DNA of 64,000 bases, from positions 121,433,031 to 121,497,030 of the forward strand of contig NC_081358.1 of the NCBI RefSeq assembly GCF_030684315.1. The letters run 5' to 3'. The DNA comes from Stegostoma tigrinum. Its lineage: Eukaryota. This document shows, piece after piece, positions 26,935 to 40,414 of the stretch. The translations under genes were made by a program, and so were the position numbers. The stretch's first letter is position 1, and the number at the start of each line of letters is the position of its first letter. Under the pieces are notes generated by a model. It searched no databases. It was not told the origin of the DNA and was given only the letters and a program-made list of their open reading frames with translations.

Positions 26935-27265
26935 ATGGTAGTAGAGTCGTAACATCACTGGACAAGTAATCCAGTCTAATCATCTAGGGAAACATAAGCT
27001 TAAATCCATGGCAGATGATGAAATGTTAACTCAACTGAAATCTGGAATTAAAAAGCTAACCTAACTGGCAACAGTCAATTGTCATAAAATTCATCTGGTT
27101 TATTAAAATCTTTCAGGTAAGGAAATCTGTCACTCTTACCTGATCTAGCCTACGTGACTCAAGACCCACAGCAATATGATTGACTTTTTACTGCTCTTCG
27201 TCAATTAGGGAGTAAATTCTGGCCAAGCCAGAGACATCCACATGCCACAAATGAATTAACAAAAC
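26935..27265 (+). mobile_element. tRNA-derived SINE (same family as 42385, 45145, 52985)
   Basis: Shared body ...ggaaatctg...cttacctg..ctagcctac.tgactc.agacccacagcaat... and shared 3' tail. Confidence 0.65.
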
Positions 27266-27504
27266 AAGCTGGAACTCATTGATTTACAGCTAACTCACAA
27301 ATTGAATTCTACCTCAATCCATCTGATTTGATTTCCATCCATCCTCTCCACTCTTCTTATACTACAAGACAGCCCTAAACCAAAGCCCTAAAACAATATT
27401 CTCTGACTGTGCTTAAGTGCATTATGGTTCCCCACATATCTCTGCAGGCTATGACATGACCAACAAAATGGTCTTCCTTCAAAAGCTCCCACCATGGCTT
27501 GCTG

Positions 27505-27930
27505 GTCTGAGTACATTAGTCACAAAAAGTTAGTATGCAGCTACAACACATAATCAATAAGACTAATGGGAGACTATTCTGTATTTTGAGACAGATTTAT
27601 GTAAAAGGAGGTTACGCTTTAGTTATGAGGAGCACTGGTGAAACAACATCTCAAACACTCTGTACAGTTTTGGGCTTCTGTTTTGTTTTGTAAGGATGCA
27701 ACTGCACTGGAGATGGTTCAGAACAGATTTGCTGGAAAGATACCTGAAATGAGTGTTCCCTCAAGAGGTTAGATTGGGCAAGCTGGGCTTTATACCAGAG
27801 GAGTTTAAGAGAGAGTGAGAGGTTACTTAAGTCAATATTTCAGTCCCTGGACAGTTTTGTCAAGGTGGATGTGGAGAGGATGTTTCTTGAATGTCAGTCC
27901 GTAACTATAGGGCACTGTTTTAACATTAGG
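27505..27930 (+). mobile_element. Old CR1 fragment
   Basis: Degenerate ORF2 C-terminal region (ctgtacagttttgg...gaggagtttaagaga). Confidence 0.6.
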
Positions 27931-28029
27931 TGACGTAGAAACATTCCATTGACATTAATACTGTATTTGACCTAGTGTAGCATGAAGGAAACCCAGGAAA
28001 AACAGAATCAATGGAACTCACAGGGAAAC

Positions 28030-28315
28030 TCTTTGCTGGTTGGAATCATACCCGGCATAAAGGAAGATACCTGCGGTCATTAGAGATAAGTTGCCTCGGC
28101 TTCAGGACATCTCCAAAGAGTTGCGCAGGATGATATCCCTTCACTGCTGTTGGGTAAAAATCCTGGAATTCCCTCCCTAACAGCATTTTGGGTCTACTTA
28201 CAGCACATGGACTGCAGCAGTTCAAGGAGGCTGCACACCATCACCTTCTCATGGGCATCTAGGAATGGGAAATAACTGCTGGTCCAGCCAAAAATGCTTA
28301 CAACACTTAATGAAT
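28030..28315 (+). mobile_element. Non-CR1 LINE 3' end (probable partner of the SINE family above)
   Basis: aaatcctggaattccctccctaacagc...ggactgcagcagttcaagg...caccttctc..gggcatctagg; related copies at ~19830-19930, ~24007-24160, ~38295-38530(-), ~40300-40830(-). Confidence 0.55.
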
Positions 28316-28319
28316 TATT

Positions 28320-29580
28320 TAAAAAGTAGGGGTTGTCACTTCAGGCCACAGGTGAGGAGAATGCTCCTTCTCTGTGGAAATCTGCCAATGAAGGCGATAT
28401 GGTTGAGGCCACTGAATATTTTTAAGACAGAGGTGGATAGATTCTTGTTAGGCAAGAGGATCAAGTGTTAACAAAGAAAACAGAAGGAGTAGGCTATTCA
28501 ATTCTTCAAGCCCACTCAGCCATTCATGACTGATTCTCTAAAGACTCAGAGTCACACATCAAGTGAACAGGCCCTTTGGTCCAACTTGTCCATGGCAACA
28601 AAGTTTTACAAACTAAAGTAGTCCCATTTGCCTGTGTTTGGCCCATATCCCTCTAAAGCTTTCTTCCTGTATCTGTCCAAATGTCTTTTAAATGTTCTAA
28701 CTGTACTTACATCTAGTACTTCGCCTGGTAGTTCATTCCACATACAAACCATCATTTGTGTGAAAAACTTGCCCCTCAATTCTTTTTGCCATTTCTTTTG
28801 TTCCTTGTTATAATTTCCTGGCTACTGACTGTAAGGACCTGCATTTGTCTTCACTACTCATATTTCCTCTTTATATATTTATAGAAACTGGCTATAAAAG
28901 GTTCTATATTCCCTTGAATTTTACACTCATATTCCATCTTCCCATTGTTCATCAAACATTTGTGCTCTTTGGCTGAGTGCTAAAATTCCCCCGATCCTCA
29001 GGTTTTATTTTGTCTGGCAATTGTATATGTCTTCTCGTTGGCGCTAATACTATCCTTAATTTCTGTTGTAAGCCAATGGTGGAGCCATTTTTCCTCTTTT
29101 ATTTTTGTGCTGGACAGGAATGAGTAATTGTTGTATCTAATTCACACATTTTTAATACTTGAACTAGGAATAATTAGGATTGTGGAATTCAAAACACAAA
29201 CAAATCAGGCATGATCTTATTGAATGGCTCAAGTGATGAACGGTCTACGTCTACAGAACATAACAATCCAAAGCATTCCAGTTGCTACATGATGACTCTT
29301 TGCACAGCTGCTAAGTAATGCTGGAAATCTTCCCTGAGGCAATATAGAACTTAGAACTTAGAACAATACAGCGCAGAACAGGCCCTTCAGCCCTCGATGT
29401 TGCGCCGGCCTGTGAACTAATCTAAACCCATCCCCCTACACTATCCCATCATCATCCATATGCTTATTCAAGGACTGTTTAATGCCCCTAATGTGGCTGA
29501 GTTAACTACATTGGCAGGCAGGGCATTCCACGCCCTCACCACTCTCTGAGTAAAGAACCTGCCTCTGACATCTGTCTTAA
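28320..29580. mobile_element. Cluster of CR1 fragments, including a young minus-strand 3' end at 29345-29580 with a (TTCTAAG)n tail
   Basis: FKTEVDRFLL motif in ORF 28265..28471; tagaacttagaacttagaac tail; similarity to 57672-57910. Confidence 0.7.
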
Positions 29581-29875
29581 TGCTTGTCTACAACCTCTTT
29601 TGTCAGGGAGAAGATACAGGAGCTTGAACACACGCACCAACAGGTTCAAGAACAAGAACAGCTTCTTTCCTGAAGTTATGAGCCTTATGAATGGACTCTC
29701 TAACTTCAAATAATGTTGATCTTGCTTTGCGCACCCCCTATGCAGTGTAACTGGTACATCTTGCTCTAAACACCATATGCTCTGTATGCCCTTGCTCACG
29801 ATGATCTGTCTGTACTGTTCACAAACAAAGCTTTTCACTGTAATTAGGTCCATGTGACTGCAAGAAATCAAATCA
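29580..29875 (+). mobile_element. Rex1/Babar-like LINE 3' end
   Basis: Translates as ...SGRRYRSLNTRTNRFKNKNSFFP, the typical Rex1 C-terminus, followed by a 3' tail. Confidence 0.65.
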
Positions 29876-30315
29876 TAGAGACAGTAGATGGTGAGAGTCT
29901 TTTCCCCATGGCAGATGTGACCAGAACCAGAGTACATAAGTTTAAGATGAGAAGTAAGTGGTTTAAAGGAGATCTGAGAAAAAGATTTTTTTCACCTAGA
30001 GGGTGGTGGAAATGTGGAACATGCTACCTGAGACAGTGGTGGAAGCAAGGAGTCTCGCAAATTTAAGTGACATTTGGATGAACACTTACAATGCCAGGGC
30101 ATTGTCAGCTATAAACTCATGGGATTAGTGTAGTTTAACATTTGTTGGTTAGCAAAGACATGGTAGGCAGAAGGAAACAAGAACATAAATTGGTGGAAAA
30201 TGTCAACTGGTCTGGCAGCATCTGTAGAAACAGATCAGAGTTAACCTGTTGGGTCCAATGACCCTTCTTCAGAACACTGAAAGTTGAAGGGCCTCTTTCT
30301 GTGGTGTATGACTCT
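29875..30315 (+). mobile_element. CR1 3' fragment with nested PLE family-2 fragment (30176-30275, minus)
   Basis: ORF 29854..30066 (ESLFPM..TRTRVHKFK); insert ggtctggcagcatctgtag...gagttaac...cccttcttcagaac. Confidence 0.7.
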
Positions 30316-30608
30316 ACATTCCCAATGGTGGGGAAGTCCAGAACCAGGAATTTGGTTCACATTTAACAAATTCCTCTGTCTCCAAGCTCTAAACACTACG
30401 GCAGTCCTAGTCTATGTTTGCAAAGTTAGCATCTCTTATTATCACAGCCATATTATTCTAAAGCTATCTGTGATCTCCCTAAATATACATAACCTTAATT
30501 TCCCGCTGAATGCCCTTACTTCTCCATTCTACCCATGTAACTTCACCAGGCGATCACGCAAGAATATCCTCCCGCGAACTTTTCCACAATCAATCTTGCA
30601 ACCTAGGC

Positions 30609-30694
30609 TCTAGGCCCGAAACGTCAGCTTTGCTGCTCCTAAGATGCTGCTTGGCCTGCTGTGTTCATTCAGCTCTACACCTTGTTATCTTGGA
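30609..30694 (+). mobile_element. PLE family-1 fragment starting inside HHR stem II
   Basis: tctaggcccgaaacgtcagc...cttgttatcttgga. Confidence 0.8.
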
Positions 30695-31785
30695 GGCAAT
30701 GTATGACAAGACTAATGACTGGGTAACAGACAGAAAATAGAGACTAGAATTAATTTTCACATTGGCAGAATCTGACTAATGAGATTTGGCGAAGATCAGT
30801 ACTTGGGCCCTAGCTCTTCATAATATATATTAATAGTTTGGAGGTCATGCGAAATGTGATTGGAATAATGTGGAAAAATGTGAGGTTATCGATCTTGATG
30901 CAAGAAAGATACATGCTAAATATTTCTTAAATAGTGAAAGGTTTTAAATGATGGAAATTTTGGTCAAGTCGGTTTATACTCTGACCTCAGTTAAACTGAA
31001 GCTAGAAGATGTTGTAATTACAGTTTCCTGGGTTGATCAAATAAGGCAGGTCTCAATGTGCTCCACTAGACACACTCGCACCATGTTGCCTTATATGGAG
31101 TATGGAATGTGACTGCTTATGACTTGGCATAAATATCTGGGCGTTGTTTTCCAGTAAACTCCATTGTTTGGGATTGAACATTGTGATCCGGGTTTGGTCA
31201 ATGCATTAGCTGAGGACCAGAGAAGTTTCTACAAGAACAACATTTTGTGATAAAAGTTAGGAGAACAAGGGATTTGCAGGAGTGAGCCTTCAACAGCACA
31301 TTTGATAAGCACTTGCCTTAAAGCTAACTTCAGAGAAGACAAAGAATCACAAGGCAAGATCTACCCCAAGAGCAAAGCTGACAGCAACACTTGAATTGGG
31401 CTAGTATTTGTTTCAAACCAAATTTGTAGAGGTAAGTTAGAGTTAGGGTTACATATGGGTTAAATAAAAGTAAGGTCAAGTGAAGTTTAACTTACTCCAT
31501 TTAAGTTGAAACTAAGTTCGATGAAGTAAGAAGTAAATGTTGCAACAAATGTATGTTTTCTACTCAGTATTGGTGCGTAAAGAGTTAAAATAAAGATAGG
31601 TTTGTGAAGTAGTCTGAATCAATTCCCTGCGTTTGTCTGTCACACAAGGGGAGAAACCTGGACAAAAAGACGGAGTACTCATTTCAGGCAACACTATGAA
31701 GATAGATTGGAGAAACTGGGCCTGTGTTTTGGATAATTTCAATGAATAAGAACTGATCTCACTGGAACATACAAAATACTTGAAG

Positions 31786-31838
31786 GCACAAAAGCTGATG
31801 TTTCGGGCCTAGACCCTTCATCAGAGAGGGGGATGGGG
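31786..31838 (-). ncRNA. Isolated PLE family-1 fragment consisting almost only of the HHR
   Basis: Minus strand CTGATGAAGGGTCTAGGCCCGAAACATCAG (CG>CA change in stem III). Confidence 0.65.
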
Positions 31839-32559
31839 TAAGGGCTCCGGAACAAACAAATGAAGTGACCATGCCACAAAAATAATTGTGAAAATAATAC
31901 TGAACTGAGATTGGTAGTGGAGTGAAAAATGCTGGTTGTGACACTGGTGAGTTTGAAATCAGGTGCAGCAAGCAGCATAATTTGCACAGTTTAGAGCATG
32001 AGCTGCAAATATGGCATATGTTGGGATTTAGATTTCCTTTGATTGGTCTGTAATAATAAATATAATTTGTGATTGAAATCAAATCCTGCCATGTAAACAC
32101 ACTTTGCAAGTAGAGTTTTTCCATTTTTTTTTGAGGGGGATCTTGATTACGGGAATAAAATACAACAAAACTGTGTGCACAAAGCTTGTGTATTCATTTT
32201 TATTAGCTGTAGCCACTTGATAGAATTTTAGTTAAAGATAAAAAGATTAGAATTTAAAAGTCATAAAACGTTGTTTCCGAAACAGCTCCTGGTGGTTCTT
32301 ACTACAATAGATTCAAAATTGATGTAATGACAGGGAATATTAAAATATTATACTTTTAAGCCAACATTAAGCTGTAAACAGATTATCTTTGCAGCAAATC
32401 AGCAAATATATGGTATGCTGGGAGATTGGCAAATATTTCAAAGCTTAATGGAAAACCAAGAGTTCTCTTAAACAGAAATAAGCCATTTGGTGACATTATT
32501 CTACTTGAACCTACTACAATTCTAAAAATATAGCTTACTTTGCCTTTTTTTCTCATGAG

Positions 32560-33050
32560 TTTATTAAGCTTCTCCTGATTTGTATCTCTGCTATACGCCT
32601 TAATTACTGCTTGTGGCATCAAATGCCACATTCTCAGCACTCTCTTTCTTAAGATGTTTCTTCTGAATTTTGTTACCGGACCAGTTAGTGAAAACCTTGT
32701 ATTTATGACCCATAGGTTCACACTCCATCCCCAACTGACACTCACACACCCAGCCTGCAACCCGACAAGCAGAAACATCTTTAATACATCCACATTATTG
32801 CGCACCTTCATAATTTTAATAGAATGTAAGAACCTAAGAACTAGACGCAGGAGAAGGCAATTCAACCCTGAGCCTGCTCCACCATTTAAAAAGTTAATGG
32901 CTGATTTCAACTTGACCTCAACTCTGCTTTCCTTGCCTCTCAAAACAACTCCTCAACCCATTACTAATTAAAAATCTATCAATCTCCTTAAATTTACTCA
33001 ATGTCCTGGCATCCATCGCACTCCTGGCTGGTCAATTCCACTGATTCATG
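32560..33050 (-). mobile_element. Old CR1 3' fragments
   Basis: ORF 32383..32943 carries decayed CR1 motifs (RRNILRKRVLRMW). Confidence 0.6.
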
Positions 33051-35639
33051 ACCTTGATGACTACTGCCAGGTCGTCTTTCAATCTTTCTAGAGAAGAAGA
33101 CACCAATTTTAACATAATCTAGAATAGTTATTCCATAAAAATTAAAAACTCACCACAATTTCCATTCTTTGAAGAATCAAGTCTTTACTCCACAGTTTTC
33201 AGCAATGCCATGCCAACTGCTCACCTCCTTCACTGTTAGATAATGAGCTTATAAATGATACCTTGGCTCAAAGGTAACACTATCACTTCGATTCAGAAAG
33301 TTGCAGGTCCAAGCCCAACTTCATAAACTTAGCACAAATGCAATGCAGACGAGAGCGATTTATGCATTGTCATTGTGCTACCCTCAAGCATATTACATTG
33401 TTACGTCATTGTCAGATTATTGTAAATTATCTGCTGGTTCAGGTAGGGATCCTGCCACAGCTTTCACAATTCCCTTCATTTCAATAGCACATCATAAGAA
33501 ACACAACGATTATGGAACAATTTGGAAACATTTTTACGACATCTTTGTTTGATAATCAACTTCAAAGTAAAGTAAATTATAAGTATGAATACCCATGATT
33601 CCACAGGATCACAATGGAAAGGTCTCAGTATTCCTATATACTACTTACCACATATCACCTAGTTGGTGCATATAGTGGACGGACATGCAATTGTACACAA
33701 CTTTCCAAAAAAAGAAAAGGCAATCAAATGAGGAGTAAACTTAGGTCTACGTGTATATTTTAAACTCTAGAGACAAATGTGGGAATAACATTGTCAGTCC
33801 TTCGTATGCTTCAGACTCTGAAATATTTGAAACAAGCATCCAAAACCAATATTTGAATGGGATTCAATCAGTGCAAGAAATAAGTATTTTAAATGCATGG
33901 TGATTAAAGTCGACCCTGTACATCACCTACTTGGTTGGGTTCTTAATTCCCAACGGACTTGTACTTATGCTTATAAAGCAACAACAGGGCTTTTAAAGTA
34001 ATTATGTGTTCAAGTGTGGTCCTCCTACAAGCTGCAAAGTAATAAAAAAGATCCTGTGACCTTTTCTCACATAATCCCATCTACCATATTTAAATAAAGA
34101 TTGTACAGCACTCAATATCAATATTCCCACAAGTTGTTGTTATGGTAAAGAGATCAAACCAAATGTTCCTGCGCAACATCTTTAAAATTTGTTCTGCTTT
34201 CCATGTATTTGATTAAATGTTACATTTTTAAATGTTATGGCTCTGACAAAAGCATAAATCTTTCACAGCTGCTGTTCTACTCTGCAGACATATGTAACTT
34301 TCTTCTTGAAATCTACCATCATAAAATCCCACAGGACCAGGTCAGCAGAACACCTGCAATTCTTCATTCAGTCCGTGCACAGTGCCTAAAACTAAAAGTA
34401 ACATTAATAGTTTCAGTGCCCTGTTGCAGTTACATTTTTCACAAATTCCCGTGAACAAATGCTACAAGCATGAAATCATCCAGGCAACTCTGTCATCAAG
34501 AGGATAACACTTTCCCCCTCCCCCAAAGCAGAAATCCCATGGGAGCAAGGGGGGGAAAAAAGGCAACAATTACAAAACAACAGCACTTGGTGCAATCTCA
34601 AGGGAAAGCTAAGGAAATGTGTAATGGCAAATTGGAATAACTTCCACACGATTTTAATTTAATGAACATTTTTAATTGAGGAAATAATCACTGCTGTGAC
34701 ACTTCACCTGTTCGGAATTAAAATGTCAGCCTTGTTCCTAACACTTTTACAGCAGTCTGGAGTGCACATTATCCCCAATCCAAAAATATAAACTTCTAAA
34801 TCTGCCTTTTCAGATTCTCCTAGGAGTATGCTTGATATTACAGGGGACAAGAAAGAAGCAATGTTGACCAAAACAGCAGCATACCTGTATGGGAGAAGCT
34901 AGATGGACTAGCTGGATCTTTTTCCTGCATTTCTTTTGTATCTGTGCACAGTGCAAGTGTGAGACCCGTCAAGCTCATTTTCCAGAGGCATTGCATGGTG
35001 TCATTGTTATAGAGTCCCCAAACCACAGTCCTTCTCTTTACAGCATCCAACAGTACTAGCTATTGTTCACTTTTTTGAACTAGTGTTCTGCAAAGCTTAA
35101 AAGTAGTACTGTGAAATTGTCCAACAAATTACTATGACTGGCTTTTAAAGCAAGCTGGATAAATTCCCATTAAGAAAGAGGATGTAGAGCTATAAGAAGA
35201 AGAAATAACTTGCATTTATATAGAGCATCTTTACAAATTCGGCATATCACACAGTAGTTCAAAGCCAAAGCAATACTTCCAGTTTCAAAATTAGCCCCGT
35301 AATTACAATAAGAAAACTTGGTGACAAGAATAAGCTGGATGGCTCTGCTAAATCTTTCAGGCCCATGACAAGGCTACTGCAATTCTGAAGTAAATGAAAT
35401 ATGTGTTCCAATACCACCTGCCATAACTGATCACAACTAATGTGGAGTCTATAGGTTCAACAGTAACACTTTTCCAACAGACACAAATGCCATAGGTGCA
35501 AAGCAGTGGAGAAAAAGCAGAGATAAAGAAAGTAAAAACAGAATAGAAGAAAATTACAAACATGATAAAATTATAATCTATAATTTAGGCAAGTACTGTT
35601 AATAAGTACTGATGAATTATACTATATTTCCTGTTCTGT

Positions 35640-36880
35640 CTCGTGCCTTGTATAGTGGTAGCAAAATTCAGTTTGAAATAAAAACAGATTCCTACAACTT
35701 GCTGAACTTGGATGCTGCTTTTTTTTGTGATTTCTGCAGGAGGACCCCAAATCTCTCTATTCTGCAGTATCTGCATTCTTCTCCCATTTAAACAATATTC
35801 AGCTCCTCTATTCTTCATGCCAATGTTCATAACCTCACATTTCCCTACAATATATTCTGTGAAGTCTTTTCTCATTTACATAATTCATCATAATCTCTAG
35901 ACTCCATATGTCATCCTTACTCATTATCTTTCCACCTAGTTTTACGTCATCCACACACCTTGTGATAGCACATTCACATCCACCATACAAGTCTTTCATA
36001 TATACTGTAAGTAAATATGACCCCAGCACTGAGCCCTATGGAACTGCACTAGTTACAGGTGACTATCCTTAAAATATCTCCTTAATCTTCTATCAGTTAG
36101 CCATTCCCCAACACATGCTACTCAACACCACAGGGTATTATCTTAAGTTGTTTTATGTGTGGTAACTTACCAAATACCTTTTGCAAATCTAAATATGATG
36201 CATCTGCTGATTTTGCTTTATCATAGAATTACAGATCATCAGCCATGATCAAAAAGGAACAAAAAGCAGGCTCAAAAGGCCAAATAGCTGACTCCTGCTC
36301 CTATTTTCTATGTCTAATCAAGTACAGTTTATCCCCTATCATTTGTTGTCATGCTGAGGGTCATTCGCTATTTCTAAACATCTGCCATTGCTCATCATTC
36401 TGCTAAATCCCTTTCCCAGTCCACTCCAGCCAACTCTGTCCTCCTTCTAATGTAAGTGACCTTAAGTTTAGCACAGTTATTTTCAGACCAAGCTTCTCAC
36501 TCTCAAACTGAATGCAAAATTCTACACTTGCTTTTCACTGTTCGCTAGAGGTTTGTTTAGTCTGAGATCATTTATTAAATATGCCTTACCAGATACAAAA
36601 TAGCCTGATCCTTGGTTGGATTCTGAGCATACTGTTCTTGTAAATCATCCAAAATGCACTCTATGAATTCTTCTTCCTTGCTTCCTCTGCCCTAAAGTTG
36701 AAGTCACTCAGGAACATGTACTACTATTTTTTATTAGCTCCAGATTTATCCTTTATTCTGCAATACAGTTTCTGTTAGAGGGCGTATAGCCTACTCACAC
36801 CAGCAGTGTCTTTTTCTTGTTTTCTGTTACCTCCAGCCTTCGGGATTCTAAGCCTGCTCATTCAAGATCAGTTCCTGGGA
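35640..36880 (-). mobile_element. Old CR1 ORF2 fragments
   Basis: ORFs 35585..35875 and 35835..36029 (KCEVMNIGMKN; CVDDVKLGG) are degenerate CR1 RT. Confidence 0.65.
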
Positions 36881-36887
36881 TTGTCTA

Positions 36888-37017
36888 GAGATAATGGGAA
36901 CTGCAGATGCTGGAGAATTCCAAGATAATAAAATGTGAGGCTGGATGAACACAGCAGGCCAAGCAGCATCTCAGGAGCACAAAAGCTGACGTTTCGGGCC
37001 TAGACCCTTCATCAGAG
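36888..37017 (-). mobile_element. Young PLE family-1 3' end with intact HHR at 36986-37017, truncated just upstream of the ribozyme
   Basis: Essentially identical to 39639-39767. Confidence 0.85.
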
Positions 37018-37589
37018 CTCTTAATTTGTTGTTCATGCTGCTACTAACCGGTCCATTCCCATTCAAAATTGAAGGAGATGTCCTTGGCCCAGGCACTACA
37101 AAGGCAGCATTTGGGAACCAAGAACATGACTTTCAATTTTTCACCTCCATTGTTGTACAGAATGCATTGATTTTATTCAGCTTTAATCAGGTTCTTCTCT
37201 TCTATCTGGTTGTGGTACAAATGAAGGAATGCTCAAGATGAACTTCATCTATTCCAGTTTGAGCCTTTGATGTACCTGCAACATTTGTTCTCATTCCTCT
37301 GTTTTCAAGATCAAAAGAGTTCAAAATTTCATAATTTTTCAATAAATCGCTACACTGACTGTAGAAAACAGATTTTGTTGAAGAGCATTGTTTGCAGTAT
37401 TGAGGCTACAGCCTAAACAAGAACATTAGCTATTTTCAGCATGATAGCCTCAGTTTTATCTTTTATTGTTTTGACACTAAAGCTCAGCATTCTACTTACC
37501 TACTTGATCACTGCTCCTGCATGACTGGCCATTGTCTGTGTTGTATCTATTATTTCTTCCAGATGTCTGTATTCTTCTGTCTGCACTTT

Positions 37590-38266
37590 ACTCAATCTAG
37601 TCTACCACATCCACTGCTCACAATGTGGTCTCTTCTAAATTGAGAAAATGAAGCATAGACTGGGTGACCACTTCACAGAACACTACGTTCTGTCTGCAAA
37701 GAAGGCCCTGAGTTTCCATTGCCTGACACTTCAACACGCTATCTTGTTACCCACTAATATCTGTGTCTCAGGCTCGTTTCAGTGCTCCAGTGAAGCTCAG
37801 TGCAAGCTAGAAGAACAGCATCTCATTTTCCCCTTGGGAACTCAACGTTGGATTCAATAATTTTAGGGCTTGAGGCACCTTCTCCCATATCCTTACCCCT
37901 ACCCCAACATGCCAGCCCTTGTTATCTCATGGTTTGCTATTACACACAGCTCACTGCTGGCCACGAATAATCCTCATTAGTAGCTATTCATTCTCCCATG
38001 CCCACTATTATCCACTCCTTTATTTGTCCAACTGTTCATCTCTCATAAATCCACCTATAGTTTACTCTTTAATCCCTCCCCTCACCTTATCTTCTACATA
38101 AAAATCAACTGTTTCCTAGCTACCATCAGTTCTGAAGAAGGGCCACTGAACCCAAAACATTAATTCTGATTTCTCTCCACAGATGAAGCCAGACCTGCTG
38201 AGATTGTACAGCAATTTCTGTTTTTATTTCTGATTTCCAGCAGCCACAGTTCTTTTAGTTTTTTAT
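37590..38266 (+). mobile_element. PLE family-2 3' part: decayed GIY-YIG endonuclease, 3' UTR and HHR relic (38128-38166)
   Basis: ORF 37648..37860 (KHRLGDHFTEH...KLEEQHLIFPLGT); agtt-CTGAAGA-agggccactgaaccc-AAAA-CA-TT-aatt. Confidence 0.8.
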
Positions 38267-39638
38267 TGTATATTCTTCTCTTCTAAATTATTTTCTCAAT
38301 TCATTTATGGGATTTGGCTGTCAGTTGGTAGTTTAACATATATAGTCCTTCCCCAATTGTCCTTGTAAAACTGGCGGCGAACTGCCTTCTTGAACCCTGT
38401 GGTCCTTGCAGCATTGCGATACCCATAGTGATGTTCTGAAGGAAATTCCAGGATTTTCACCCAGTGGCAGTGAAAGAACGGTGATGTGGTTGCAAGTTAG
38501 GATATGTGGCTTGGAAGGAAACTTTGAATTCTTTTATTGCAGAGGACTGTCAAGGCTGTGTCATTCAGTATATTCAAGGCTAAGATACACAGATTTCTAA
38601 TTAATACAGGAACCAAAGTTACAGGGAAAAGACAGGAAAGTAGATTTGAGGATTATCAGATCTCACTGAATTCACCCGATGGGCTAAATGACCTAATTCT
38701 GCTCCTACATCTAATTATCTTAGTCTGTCCAGTACTGGAAGTTGTGTTACCAGCCTGTTGGCCCTTAGCTCTGAAATTTGCTTCTCAAACCTCTCCGCCT
38801 TTAAGACATTGCTGAAAATAAATCTCTTTGACCCTGCTTTTGACCATCTTCCCTAATAGCTACTATAGTGGCTTCATGATATATTTTATGTTCTGACAGC
38901 TTGGTGAAGTACCCTGGCGTTTTTTATTATATTAAAAGATATTATCTACATGTGATTTGCTGTTATTGGCTTGTCAGGAGTCAAAACATTGGAATGACGC
39001 AATGTCACTGTGTTTGGGAGGTGGAATTAATGTAAAGGGTGAAAGACAAAAGGGGGATGGTCAAGGTTAGGTTAGAGAATATGGAATAATGACCAATACA
39101 GTATAGTGACGCAGTAGCGAACAGAAAAATATCAACAAGGTGTATAAAGACTCAGTAACCAATAAAGATGATGATAAACAACATATGTTCAATCTAATAG
39201 AAGTGCAAAGACTCTAGAATTAGACAAAAAGGGACAAGAACATAAATGGTAATGGATAGTGTTTGGCAATAAAGTCTTAGCGCAGCTGCGTGGGATAGGT
39301 TGGTGAGAAAGGAGAAAACCACCAATAACTGATTGAGGTTTCAGCACAGAAAATATTATATAGCCCTTTTCTTTTGATTGCAACACTCTCAATTCCCATA
39401 ATTTGCTAGAAGGCAACATTACTGCCCATCTTAACAGAAGAAGCTAGGCTGCAGCTCAGGAATTAGTGACAAAAAAGCTTTGTTCAGGAACTGTACTGTT
39501 AAATATTAAATCTTGAGTTCAGTCAAAATACAGGCAAGGGTAGAGCTTCAGTCAGAGACTTTATTTCTACATACAGCTAAGTAACTTTCTACTTTGTTTA
39601 TTCACTTGAAAATTGTCTGGTAGTGCTACATTATCCTG

Positions 39639-40226
39639 AGATAATGGGAACTGCAGATGCTGGAGAATTCCAAGATAATAAAATGTGAGGCTGGATGAAC
39701 ACAGCAGGCCAAGCAGCATCTCAGGAGCACAAAAGCTGACGTTTCGGGCCTAGACCCTTCATCAGAGAGGGGGATGGGGAGAGGGAGCTGGAATAAATAG
39801 GGAGAGAGGGGGAGGCGGACCGAAGATGGAGAGTAAAGAAGATAGGTGGAGAGAGTATAGGTGGGGAGGTAGGGAGGGGATAGGTCAGTCCAGGGAAGAC
39901 GGACAGGTCAAGGAGGTGGGATGAGGTTAGTAGGTAGCTGGGGGTGCGGCTTGGTGTGGGAGGAAGGGATGGGTGAGAGGAAGAACCGGTTAGGGAGGCA
40001 GAGACAGGTTGGACTGGTTTTGGGATGCAGTGGGTGGGGGAGAAGAGCTGGGATGGTTGTGTGGTGCAGTGGGGGGAGGAGACGAACTAGGCTGGTTTAG
40101 GGATGCAGTAGGGGAAGGGGAGATTTTGAAACTGGTGAAGTCCACATTGATACCATATGGCTGCAGGGTTCCCAGGCGGAATATGAGTTGCTGTTCCTGC
40201 AAACTTCAGGTGGCATCATTGTGGCA
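39639..40226 (-). mobile_element. Young 5'-truncated PLE family-1 insertion (GIY-YIG C-terminus plus intact HHR 39736-39767) with perfect 14-bp TSD
   Basis: ORF 39990..40202 (QEQQLIFRLGTLQPYGINVDF); TSD GCTACATTATCCTG at 39625-39638 and 40227-40240. Confidence 0.9.
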
Positions 40227-40414
40227 GCTACATTATCCTGCTTTCTTTCTAAGAAAATAAATCTCATGCAGAGAGAAAATCTGGTTCCAATACTTCAGGT
40301 TTTGTTATTTGTTCATGGGATGTCACTGGCTGGGCCAAAATTTGTTGCCCATCCCTAATTCCTCGAGAAGATTTTGTTTGGTTACCTTCTTGAACCACTG
40401 CGGTCCTTGGCATG

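Noticed and set aside
30948-32304. Possible solo LTR or ERV-like segment
   Set aside because: No second LTR, PBS/PPT or convincing TSD identified
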